DNA of 64,000 nt from Candidatus Omnitrophota bacterium (GTDB lineage Bacteria > Omnitrophota > Gorgyraeia > 2-01-FULL-45-10), in the NCBI GenBank assembly GCA_020057115.1, contig JAGVGJ010000001.1, forward strand, positions 12,164-76,163. The letters are read 5' to 3'. The first letter of the stretch is position 1. Every line of letters begins with the position of its first letter. Of this stretch, positions 39,366 through 48,070 are shown one piece after another. The translations under genes and the position numbers were made by a program. The notes under the pieces were generated by a model. That model did no database searches, was not told where the DNA came from, and saw nothing but the letters and a program-made list of their open reading frames with translations.

Positions 39366-39863
39366 CTATTTTTTCTTCAGCATCTTATTATTCTCTGATA
39401 TCGCTTTTACTGCTATGAGGCTCAAGTTGTTTATATTGGCCTTGGTGAGCTCTATGACATTTATTGTGGCAGGGTCCTTCATCTCCGAGCGCGCTTCGTC
39501 GAGATAGATGGAATCTTTTTCGCAATATTTTTTGATGAACTGAAGCCAGCCGTTGAAGACATCCACCATATCTTTATTTATCCTGCCCTCGGACGATACG
39601 GCGATCTTGATCATCTTAAAATATGCCTCGATAGTGGTGAGGGCATAGGTGTTTATCTCGTAGACGCGCTCAAGCGTCCTCATCTCGTTGTTCTTCGTAT
39701 TCTTGATCATGTCAGGCATTTTGGCGCCGAGCTCTGCCATCGACGTGCGCAGGCCGTCAAGTTCTTTTATATGGTCCTGGCCAAAAGAGAGGGATGCTCC
39801 AAAGGTTATAAGGAGCAGGGATGAGATTATAAAAGTTTTTATAAATCTATCGATCGTATTCAC
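39366..39863 (-). CDS. Hypothetical secreted alpha-helical protein
   Basis: Signal-peptide-like N-terminus, 165-aa ORF. Confidence 0.65.
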   Translation of the reverse strand: MNTIDRFIKTFIISSLLLITFGASLSFGQDHIKELDGLRTSMAELGAKMPDMIKNTKNNEMRTLERVYEINTYALTTIEAYFKMIKIAVSSEGRINKDMVDVFNGWLQFIKKYCEKDSIYLDEARSEMKDPATINVIELTKANINNLSLIAVKAISENNKMLKKK

Positions 39864-39987
39864 GATTTATAGTCCAAGTATAGCATAAGAACGCATTTTT
39901 TCAACATTAAGATTAAATATTAATAGAATGCGCGCGCCCCGCAAGTTGAATATGTTAATATTATATGCTATACTTCATAATATAATT

Positions 39988-40398
39988 ATGAGACAAAAAC
40001 TCGCTATTTTGCTTATATCGGTCGCATTATTTTCAAGCCTGAAATTCACAAAACAAGAGCTCTCCTTAAAACTCCCGCCACCCGGCGGAGATGAAATATC
40101 CAGCTACGAAAAACGCTTTTCCAGGCTTAAAGATATCATTCCTCCCGGAGCTGTTGCAGGTTATGTCGCGGATATGCCCAACAAGGATGTGGTATCAGAC
40201 GCCAGAGCGCTTGCGCGGTATTTTGTTGCGCAGTATGCTTTGGCGCCGGTTATTGTCGAAAATACCATAGACCGATCTATAGTTATCGGTGATTTTTACG
40301 GTGACCCGTCTGTTTTAAATAAAGACGCCATTTCTGAGCTTATGCCGCTAATGGACTTTGGAGACGGGGTCTTTCTCTTTGCTAGAAAGGAAAGATGA
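39988..40398 (+). CDS. Hypothetical membrane-anchored protein
   Basis: Hydrophobic N-terminus, AQYALAP; ATGA overlap with the downstream GT-C gene. Confidence 0.65.
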   Translation: MRQKLAILLISVALFSSLKFTKQELSLKLPPPGGDEISSYEKRFSRLKDIIPPGAVAGYVADMPNKDVVSDARALARYFVAQYALAPVIVENTIDRSIVIGDFYGDPSVLNKDAISELMPLMDFGDGVFLFARKER

Positions 40399-41792
40399 TA
40401 CTTCCTTTATTGAATTCGCTGCTTGACCCTATCATGGCAGGCCTTATTTTGGCGGCTCTTTTGTGGCCGAAACAGAAAGTCTCCGGTCCCGATTGTCTTA
40501 TAATAGCTTTTCTTGCAGCCGGATGCGGCTTAGGCATTATATCACTTATCTATTTTATCTGGCTTGCGGCCGCATGGCCCTTCAGCCTGTTCATATTATC
40601 GGAGATAGCTATCCTTGCGGCGCTCGGTTGGCTTATCTATCACGCCTATAAAAATAAAAAACTGCCGCAATACGTTGGTTTTGACACGGATATATTGCCG
40701 AAGACAAAGATAGATATGTTTGCCGCAGCAGCCCTTATTGTAATGATATGCGCATCAGTCGTATTCTATGTCCATTATTCGTTCAGGATGCCGCATGGCG
40801 AATGGGATGCCTGGGCCATATGGAACATGCGCGCCAGATTCCTGTTCAGGGAAGGATCGATATTTAAAAGCACTTTTTCGCCGGCTCTTTTTTGGTCGCA
40901 TCCGGACTATCCTCTTCTTCTGCCAGCTTCTATAGTTAGATTTTGGAATTACATAGGCAAGGAAACGCAGCTTGTCCCGGCCGTCATGAGCGCGGTATTC
41001 ACATTTTCAACCGCGGGACTAGTCTTCTCTTCGCTGTTCAAATTGCGCGGCATGCGCGAGGCGCTACTTGGAGCGATAGTCCTTTTAGGGACGCAGGTAT
41101 TCATGATGACAGGTGCTTCGCAATATGCCGATGTTCCGCTGTCATATTTCATCCTTGCGACATTGGTCCTATTCTGCCTTCACGACAGGTTGGAGATTCC
41201 GGCCCGCGGATTTTTAATCCTTTCCGGTGTAATGGCAGGCCTGGCGGGTTGGACAAAGAACGAAGGGTTATTATTCTTAATGCTTGTGGTTTTTGTCCGC
41301 TTCGTGACGGTCGCGATATTCAATGGCCGGAAAAAAGCCCTCGTTGAGCTTTTAATATTTTCTTCCGGCGCGCTGCCTGTTCTGGCTGTTATCATATATT
41401 TTAAGCTGCGTTTTGCGCCTCCCAATGATCTGTTTTCGCAGGGACCGGCCGCGATAATGGTGAAACTGACGGATCTATCGATCTATTATCCTATTCTTAA
41501 AGTAGTATGGGGTAGGCTTCTGGGGTTTGGGGCTCCTATTCTTGGGGTGATACCCCTCTTAGCGGCATACCTTTCTCTGGCGGGTGTTAGGGTCGAAAAG
41601 AAAGATCTTCCTATGGTAGCTGTCTGGCTTGGCGTATCAGGCATGATGTTGTTATTATATATCGGCGTGTATGCGATCAGTCCTTATAATGCAGCATGGT
41701 TAATAAGCACATCCATAGACCGCCTGATATCGCAACTCTGGCCGAGCACAGTATTCATGGTCTTTCTTATAATTCGGAATGACGCTTCATGA
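40395..41792 (+). CDS. GT-C fold membrane glycosyltransferase (PMT/ArnT-like)
   Basis: Polytopic; WDAWAIW, HPDYPLLLP, YADVP, WTKNEG. Confidence 0.75.
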   Translation: MILPLLNSLLDPIMAGLILAALLWPKQKVSGPDCLIIAFLAAGCGLGIISLIYFIWLAAAWPFSLFILSEIAILAALGWLIYHAYKNKKLPQYVGFDTDILPKTKIDMFAAAALIVMICASVVFYVHYSFRMPHGEWDAWAIWNMRARFLFREGSIFKSTFSPALFWSHPDYPLLLPASIVRFWNYIGKETQLVPAVMSAVFTFSTAGLVFSSLFKLRGMREALLGAIVLLGTQVFMMTGASQYADVPLSYFILATLVLFCLHDRLEIPARGFLILSGVMAGLAGWTKNEGLLFLMLVVFVRFVTVAIFNGRKKALVELLIFSSGALPVLAVIIYFKLRFAPPNDLFSQGPAAIMVKLTDLSIYYPILKVVWGRLLGFGAPILGVIPLLAAYLSLAGVRVEKKDLPMVAVWLGVSGMMLLLYIGVYAISPYNAAWLISTSIDRLISQLWPSTVFMVFLIIRNDAS

Positions 41793-43315
41793 CCGAATCT
41801 CACAAGATCCAGGTATCCATCTTTATAATTATCATAGCCCTGTCAGGTTTTGTCGTTTATCTAAATTCGCTTCCCGGTCCATTTCTGTGGGATGACATAA
41901 ATCTTATAAGCAATAATCCATATATAGGTAATCTGGCAAGCGCGCCCAAGATATTATTTGGCGATATCGGTTCCGGCTCCCGCCAGAATTACGGATTTTA
42001 CAGGCCGCTACAGATATTCAGCTATCTCGTAGACTATCATATCTGGGGCTCCGAGGTGATGGGATACCATTTAACGGGGGTCCTGTTGCATATACTGGTC
42101 GCGCTTTCGGTGTTCTGGCTGGCGCTCGTATTATTTAAGGACGAGATACTCTCTTTCTTCGCGGGTCTGTTATACGCGGTCCATCCCATACACACCGAGG
42201 CCGTGGCATATATATCCGGCAGGACTGATCCGCTCTCGGCGCTATTTTTGCTCGTTGCAGCTGTCTTTTATATAAGAGCCATAGAAACCCCCAGGATACT
42301 GTTTTATGCGCTGACATTGTTCAGCTTTTTTTTAGCGCTCCTTTCAAGAGAATACAGCCTGATATTTCCTGTTCTTATGCTCGTCTATCATTACGCTTTC
42401 AGGAAGAGGGTAGATGCCAAATTTTTTGTTTCTGTGATCATAGTGTCGTTGCTCTACCTGGTATTGAGAGGGTCTGTCATGACATTCGGCCTCTCGCAGT
42501 TGGCCAAGAACCCATCGCCGATAGAAAGGGTCCCGGGATTCTTTGCGGCGATCGCCGAGTATTGCAGGCTTATCGTGTTGCCGCTTGATATCCACATGGC
42601 ATATGGGCAGAAGACATTCTATTTTACCGATATTCAGGCGCTGATAGGCCTTGCGATATTTGCGGGGATGCTGGTATTTATGCTCAAGTCTAAAGATAAA
42701 CTTGTGAAATTTTCCATCGCGTGGTTTTTGGTGGCGCTTGTTCCAGTTTCGAACATACTGCCGCAGTTGAATGCGGTCATGGCCGCGCACTGGCTCTATC
42801 TCCCGTCGATAGGGATATTCATCCTTGCGGGGAAGGGTCTGTCCGTCTTATATAATAACTCCAATACAAAAAAAATCAGCTTGATGCTGTTGGCATTTCT
42901 CCTGATATTTTATTCCATCCTTACGATAGAACAGAACAACTATTGGAATGACCCGAAGGCTTTCTTCGAAAGGACGATTAAATACGCGCCGGAAAGTTAC
43001 AGCTGGAAGTTATATTATCATCTTGCCAATGAGCGCTTGAAAGTCGGAAAGACCAAAGAAGCGATAGCCTTATACAAGAAATCATTATCCCTGAACGGTC
43101 AGTTTGCCGATACCTATAACAAGCTGGGTGAGGCTTATGCCGAGACAGGGGACGTGGATAGGGCTATATTTGTCTATAAAAAAGCTTTATGGATCGATCC
43201 GTCATTCACAGCGGCATACAAAAATCTTGCTGTGATATATCGCAAGCTTGGGCGCGCCGACCTCGCCGTGAAATATGATGACCTTGCCGGAAACCTCACG
43301 CAATACGCGGAATAA
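41789..43315 (+). CDS. TMTC-like protein O-mannosyltransferase with C-terminal TPRs
   Basis: FLWDD, YRPL, HPIHTEAVAYISGR, SRE, WLYLP, TPR tail. Confidence 0.8.
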   Translation: MTESHKIQVSIFIIIIALSGFVVYLNSLPGPFLWDDINLISNNPYIGNLASAPKILFGDIGSGSRQNYGFYRPLQIFSYLVDYHIWGSEVMGYHLTGVLLHILVALSVFWLALVLFKDEILSFFAGLLYAVHPIHTEAVAYISGRTDPLSALFLLVAAVFYIRAIETPRILFYALTLFSFFLALLSREYSLIFPVLMLVYHYAFRKRVDAKFFVSVIIVSLLYLVLRGSVMTFGLSQLAKNPSPIERVPGFFAAIAEYCRLIVLPLDIHMAYGQKTFYFTDIQALIGLAIFAGMLVFMLKSKDKLVKFSIAWFLVALVPVSNILPQLNAVMAAHWLYLPSIGIFILAGKGLSVLYNNSNTKKISLMLLAFLLIFYSILTIEQNNYWNDPKAFFERTIKYAPESYSWKLYYHLANERLKVGKTKEAIALYKKSLSLNGQFADTYNKLGEAYAETGDVDRAIFVYKKALWIDPSFTAAYKNLAVIYRKLGRADLAVKYDDLAGNLTQYAE

Positions 43316-43332
43316 AGTAGCCTATGGTATTA

Positions 43333-44865
43333 TCACCCCCATAGATTCCTGTCCAGGCTCCTGTACGAAATCGCCTCCGAGACATGGTGTGCTTCGATGA
43401 TGTCTTTACCGTCAAGGTCTGCGATCGTGCGGGAGACTTTAAGTATCTTGTCATAGGCCCTTGCGGATATACCAAGCTCCAGTATCGCAAGTTTTAAGAG
43501 CTCTTCACCTTCCTTGTCCATTATGCAATACTTTTCAAGCTCTTTAGACTCAAGCCTTGAATTAAAATGCGCGGCGGCATCTTTATAACGATCTCTCTGG
43601 AGCTCGCGCGCCTTGTCGACGCGCTTTCTTATCTCGGAGGACGGCTCGCCGCACCTCTTTGAGGTCAGATGGTCCAAGTTTAGCCGCGGCACCTCGAGAT
43701 GTATGTCTATCCGGTCTAGTAGCGGCCCGGATATCTTCGATAGGTATCTCTGTATCTGCACAGGCGTGCAGTGGCATTCGCGTTTTGGGTCGGTAAAATA
43801 TCCGCAAGGACAGGGGTTCATGGCAGAAACGAGCATGAACTTGGAAGGGTATGTCTCGCTGCCTGATACCCGCGTCACCGTCATCGCGCCTTCCTCAAGA
43901 GGCTGCCTTAATACTTCAAGGACATTTCTTTTAAATTCCGGAAGCTCGTCGAGAAAAAGGACGCCGTTATGGGCAAGAGATATCTCACCCGGCGTAGGGT
44001 AAGTGCCGCCGCCCACAAGGGCCGCGTCGGAGATCGTGTGGTGCGGAGAGCGGAAGGGCCTAGTCCCTATAAGCCCTTTACCCTGGATGAGGTTCCCGGC
44101 AATAGAATGTATCTTGGATGTTTCCAGGGCCTCTTCAAATGTCATCTCCGATAATATGGTAGGAAGCCTCTTTGCCATCATGCTTTTACCGGAACCCGGA
44201 GGGCCTATCAACAGGACGTTGTGGCCTCCGGCGGCTGCGACCTCAAGGCCGCGCTTCACATGCTCCTGGCCCTTGACATCATTAAAATCGATCTTATGTT
44301 TGGAATTTCGCTTAAAGACCTGCTCGGCGCTTGATTCGACAGGCTTGATATCCGTTACCTTATTAAGGAAGTCCACGACCTCTTTTAATGTGGCTGCAGG
44401 ATATGCCTCTACATCCTTTACCAAGGCGGCTTCTTTCGAATTATCTTTGGGGATCACGAACTTTGTCTTGTTCAGTTTCTTCAGGCCTATAGCCATGGGG
44501 AGGACGCCCCTTACGGGTTTTAACCGTCCGTCGAGCGATAGTTCGCCCACAAAAACGAAATCCTGGAGGTCCGTACGGTCAAGGAGCCCTTCCTGGGAAA
44601 GGACCGATAATGCAATGGGGAGGTCAAATGAAGCGCCTTCCTTCTTTATGCTCGCAGGCGCGAGGTTGATGGTCAGTTTCTTGGCGGGGAATGACAGGCC
44701 GGAATTCTTCATGGCGGCTTTTATCCTTTCGCGGGATTCTTTTATAGCTGTGTCAGGGAGCCCCACTATATTAAATGCAGGTAGTCCCGCTCCAATGTCA
44801 GCCTCGACCATGACTTCGTGGGTATCAAGGCCTATTACGCAACATGAATAGATGCAAGAGATCAT
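43333..44865 (-). CDS. comM: ComM/YifB Mg-chelatase-like AAA+ ATPase
   Basis: VGLPD..ESRER, GPPGSGKS, PFRSPHH, GEISLAHNGVLFLDE, SGPLLDRID. Confidence 0.93.
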   Translation of the reverse strand: MISCIYSCCVIGLDTHEVMVEADIGAGLPAFNIVGLPDTAIKESRERIKAAMKNSGLSFPAKKLTINLAPASIKKEGASFDLPIALSVLSQEGLLDRTDLQDFVFVGELSLDGRLKPVRGVLPMAIGLKKLNKTKFVIPKDNSKEAALVKDVEAYPAATLKEVVDFLNKVTDIKPVESSAEQVFKRNSKHKIDFNDVKGQEHVKRGLEVAAAGGHNVLLIGPPGSGKSMMAKRLPTILSEMTFEEALETSKIHSIAGNLIQGKGLIGTRPFRSPHHTISDAALVGGGTYPTPGEISLAHNGVLFLDELPEFKRNVLEVLRQPLEEGAMTVTRVSGSETYPSKFMLVSAMNPCPCGYFTDPKRECHCTPVQIQRYLSKISGPLLDRIDIHLEVPRLNLDHLTSKRCGEPSSEIRKRVDKARELQRDRYKDAAAHFNSRLESKELEKYCIMDKEGEELLKLAILELGISARAYDKILKVSRTIADLDGKDIIEAHHVSEAISYRSLDRNLWG

Positions 44866-44880
44866 CTTTTTGTTCCTTTC

Positions 44881-45261
44881 TTATCTGTAATCATCTTCTG
44901 TAACTGCGTTCTCGAAAAGCTCTATATTTTCAGGTGCATAGTTCTCGCCCAGCTTTACTGACACCACATCAATGCGCCAAAACGAGTCTACGCGGCCGCG
45001 CCTTTTTAGATAACAGAGGGCATTCTTGATGATATGGCGCTTCTTCTTCCATGTCATGTTAAGGTAGGGAGGGCCGAGAGAAGAAGTGGCTCTGGTCTTT
45101 ACTTCGACGAATACGGTGTAAGGACCCTTTCTGGCGATGATGTCCAGCTCGCCAAAATAGGTCCTGTAATTCGTTTCAAGTATCCTGTAGCCCTTGGACT
45201 TTAGGAAGCCGCAAGCGATCTTCTCACCCGAGGCGCCAAGCAACTTGTTCTCCCGGCCCAT
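44881..45261 (-). CDS. yraN: YraN family (UPF0102) nuclease
   Basis: GE..A..FL..KGY.I..NY....GELDII..FVEVKTR..RIDVV. Confidence 0.9.
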   Translation of the reverse strand: MGRENKLLGASGEKIACGFLKSKGYRILETNYRTYFGELDIIARKGPYTVFVEVKTRATSSLGPPYLNMTWKKKRHIIKNALCYLKRRGRVDSFWRIDVVSVKLGENYAPENIELFENAVTEDDYR

Positions 45262-45266
45262 GCTAA

Positions 45267-45530
45267 CTACCCTCCATACGCCTCTAAAACGAGCTTCGCT
45301 ATCTCATCCTTTATCTCCCGTTTCAGAGGGTTGACCGTGTTATACCACTTACCATCCTTGCTGCTCTCGCTAGGCATGCTGACGAAGAGCCCGTCCTTGC
45401 CTTCGACCACTCGGAAGCCTTTTATCTCAAGGCTATCGAGTATGGTCACGTCGCAGAAGGCCTTGGTCGCGCCCGAGCCGTCCAGCTTGTGCATCCTTGA
45501 TACAGCCAATCCTAGTTCATTCTCTGCCAT
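45267..45530 (-). CDS. spoVG: SpoVG family nucleic-acid-binding protein
   Basis: KAFCDVT..IKGFRVVEGKDGLFVSMPS; SD ggaggtga before ATG 45530. Confidence 0.88.
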   Translation of the reverse strand: MAENELGLAVSRMHKLDGSGATKAFCDVTILDSLEIKGFRVVEGKDGLFVSMPSESSKDGKWYNTVNPLKREIKDEIAKLVLEAYGG

Positions 45531-45575
45531 TTTTATGTCACCTCCTTTCAAATCCTTTAATTTGGGGATTTTGCA

Positions 45576-45617
45576 CCCCTACTATATAAGACGCTCAAAA
45601 TGCCCAAATTGTTGCAA
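45576..45617 (-). promoter_or_regulatory. Putative ECF-sigma promoter of spoVG-yraN-comM
   Basis: Minus strand ttGCAAC-N17-CGTCttatatagtagggg; near-identical to 47194-47236. Confidence 0.7.
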
Positions 45618-45630
45618 ATTATTTTAAAAT

Positions 45631-45812
45631 ATTTTTCGGATGTGCGCTTCTTCCCCCTCTCGGGATGGGTAAGGTGTCTTTCCGCGAACGCTCCATTCTC
45701 GGAGGGAATGTCGCTCGGAAGGCCGCAATTTTCGGTGAAAAATCGCGGCCTTCGACGTCGCTCCAAGACACCTTACCCATCCCTCGGGGGCCCCGCATCG
45801 AGGACCGAAAAA
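45631..45812 (+). repeat. Nested palindromic element, family 1, copy C
   Basis: tttttcgg..gggatgggtaaggtgtctt..cttcgacgtcgctccaagacaccttacccatccc..ccgaaaaa. Confidence 0.9.
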
Positions 45813-45886
45813 GTAGGAGGGTGGAACTGGAGGGGGAGATTTACTTCTTGAATTATTTCACGGACCGTACTATGATATTTCGTGAT

Positions 45887-46711
45887 ATGGGGATATTTGA
45901 GAAAGCGCAGATAGATTTTCTCACCGGGTTCTTCTTAAGGGAATCCTTCGGCCAGTTCCTCGAAAAGGCTATGCGCGAGGCCACGGCCACAAGCGGCGTA
46001 GTTACGCTTGCGCTAGTTGACCTTGACCACTTCAAAAATTTCAACGATAAATTCGGCCATGACTTCGGCGACGAGATCCTGAAGTATTCCGCCAGCACCA
46101 TCAGGCTCACTATGGACGAGAACCAGACCTATTTCTTCCGTTACGGAGGCGATGAATTTATCGTGGTCTTTGCAGGCAAGACGCAGAAAGAGGCCCTCCA
46201 GCTGTTAAAATACTGCAGGCATAACCTCCTCCACAGGCCTTTCCTCTTAAAGAATAAATTCCAGAAGATCACCATGAGTATCGGCGTCGCAAGCTTCCCG
46301 CATGACGCCCAGACCGTGGAGGACCTGATCGCGAAGGCTGATAATGCCATGTACTATTCCAAACGCCACGGACGCAACCGCATAACAATGTGGAGCTCTA
46401 TAAGCCATCTCAAGGCGCGAAATTATTTTATCCTGTTCGGCACCCTGGCCATCATGGTGCTTTCCACTTTCGTAGCGGCATATGTGCCGCCGATCAAAGA
46501 AAGCATAATGGCCTTTATCGGTAACATCAAAGAGCTCCGAAAGGTCTCTTTTGACAAGATCGTGCTTAAGAGCGGCGCTGTGTTTGAAGGCAGGATAGTG
46601 AACGAGGATGCCACTACTATATTTTTGCAATTGAACCTAAAAGAGGGGGAAGGGTCGCTCAAGCTTGACAAGTCTAAGGTGTCAAAGATAATACGCGCCA
46701 AATCTCGTTAG
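45887..46711 (+). CDS. Diguanylate cyclase: N-terminal GGDEF, one TM helix, small C-terminal beta domain
   Basis: DLDHFKNFNDKFGHDFGD, RYGGDEF; start inferred downstream of ttgaat-N17-tatgat, since the longer ORF translates the repeat. Confidence 0.85.
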   Translation: MGIFEKAQIDFLTGFFLRESFGQFLEKAMREATATSGVVTLALVDLDHFKNFNDKFGHDFGDEILKYSASTIRLTMDENQTYFFRYGGDEFIVVFAGKTQKEALQLLKYCRHNLLHRPFLLKNKFQKITMSIGVASFPHDAQTVEDLIAKADNAMYYSKRHGRNRITMWSSISHLKARNYFILFGTLAIMVLSTFVAAYVPPIKESIMAFIGNIKELRKVSFDKIVLKSGAVFEGRIVNEDATTIFLQLNLKEGEGSLKLDKSKVSKIIRAKSR

Positions 46712-46739
46712 GGTCAAGGGGCCAGGGTCCGGGGTCCAG
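46710..46739 (+). repeat. Intergenic heptamer array between convergent genes
   Basis: agggtcaaggggccagggtccggggtccag. Confidence 0.8.
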
Positions 46740-46746
46740 TCGGATA

Positions 46747-47187
46747 TTAAAATCCTATCTTATTACGGCTATTAAATCTCTCAAGCACTTTCGATGCTTC
46801 TTTTTCGCCGCCTTGCTTCCACGCCTCGTTTATCATCACTAGCATCTTGGTCGTTTTTGAATCTACCACCCACTTTGCCCCCAAAATAAGAGTAGCAACG
46901 AGCAGCTGCAGGAAGTATCTCGGGGTAAGGAATGAGAGCGTGAATGATATAATAGCCAGCACCAGATATATGTTTATGCGTTTCATGAAATTACCCTTTC
47001 TGTTTTTAAGTTTCGTATCTTTTAGGAATTCTTCTACGGAATCGAATGCGCACACGGCTTTCTCCAGGCAGCTAGGACAGCTTGCCAGGTGCCCGGCCAG
47101 CTCTTCTCTTTTTTTGCCGCGCAAGGCTCCGCTAAGATAATCCGCCACCTCTATGTCGCTCGGGTGCTTTATTCCGGTATAGGTCAT
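46747..47187 (-). CDS. Zinc-finger (zf-HC2/ZAS) anti-sigma factor with two TM helices
   Basis: HPSD..DYL..HLASCPSC (HxxxCxxC); ATGA overlap with the sigma stop codon. Confidence 0.82.
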   Translation of the reverse strand: MTYTGIKHPSDIEVADYLSGALRGKKREELAGHLASCPSCLEKAVCAFDSVEEFLKDTKLKNRKGNFMKRINIYLVLAIISFTLSFLTPRYFLQLLVATLILGAKWVVDSKTTKMLVMINEAWKQGGEKEASKVLERFNSRNKIGF

Positions 47188-47849
47188 TTTTGTCCCCCTA
47201 CTATATAAGACGCTAAAAACGGGCAAATTGTTGCAAAAAAAGTTAAAAAACATTTTAAAGCGGCGCGCAGCCTCTCTTTTCCCCGTCGGACGTGGCTTGA
47301 AACAGTGTTCTTAGGCATGCGGGTCATCTTCGCTATCTCGTGGTATTTCTTGCCGTGCAGCAGGTGCAGTTTGATCACCAATTTTTCCACGCTTGGCAAG
47401 TCCTCTATGGACTGGTCTATCTTTTTTGACAGCTCCTGCCTGGAGAGTTCGTCTGCGGGCACAGAGCCGCCGGCAAAAAGGCTAGAGATCAAGTCGACCT
47501 CATCCCCCGTATCCGTATGCGGCAGTATCTCATATCGAACCCCGCGCCTGGCCTTCCTCAAATGCGACACAGCCGCATTCTGCGCGAGCATCGAGATCCA
47601 GCAGGGGAGGCTTGAGATATTGTCGAGAGAAGCCATCTTATCGCTGCGCCACATCGAAGAGAGCGCATCCTGCAGGATATCATCGACGTCATGCGATGTG
47701 GTCTCAAAGCCGCACCGCCTCAGGCGTTTTTCGATCGATATCCGCATGAGGCGGGAATACTTTTTCGTGAAGGCTTCCCAAGCCGCGATATCCCGCGCGG
47801 CACAGCCTTCGATAATGGCCTTATCGTCTTCAAAACGTTCGGTAGGCAT
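47184..47849 (-). CDS. ECF RNA polymerase sigma factor
   Basis: Region 2 DVDDILQD..W...AQN...HLR; region 4 GKKYHEIAKMT.MPKNTVSSHVRRGKERLR; start at ATG 47849 inferred. Confidence 0.88.
   Translation of the reverse strand: MPTERFEDDKAIIEGCAARDIAAWEAFTKKYSRLMRISIEKRLRRCGFETTSHDVDDILQDALSSMWRSDKMASLDNISSLPCWISMLAQNAAVSHLRKARRGVRYEILPHTDTGDEVDLISSLFAGGSVPADELSRQELSKKIDQSIEDLPSVEKLVIKLHLLHGKKYHEIAKMTRMPKNTVSSHVRRGKERLRAALKCFLTFFATICPFLASYIVGGQK
47194..47236 (-). promoter_or_regulatory. Putative ECF-sigma promoter of the anti-sigma gene (inside the sigma 3' end)
   Basis: Minus strand ttGCAAC-N17-CGTCttatatagtaggggg. Confidence 0.7.
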
Positions 47850-48021
47850 TCCATAGAAGATATCATCTATATGTAAAAATGTCAATTATATTTTATTTTT
47901 AATCAAACAATGGAACCGGCTATTTTTATCCGGGATGTTGCCTATTTAGATTATTATGATATAATTATAACGCTAATCATAAGGACAGTCCATGAACCTT
48001 TTCCACAGATAAAATTTTTGT

Positions 48022-48055
48022 AACAACTCTTCCGGGAACGAAGAGTTGTTTTTTT
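48022..48055 (+). terminator. Terminator-like hairpin in the 5' leader of the large signalling gene
   Basis: aacaactcttc-cgggaac-gaagagttgtt followed by ttttt. Confidence 0.6.
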
Positions 48056-48070
48056 CCCCAAGAGGAGCCG

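Noticed and set aside
45665-45886. N-terminal 74 aa of the GGDEF ORF
   Set aside because: It runs through repeat copy C and the promoter-like sequence, so is probably not translated
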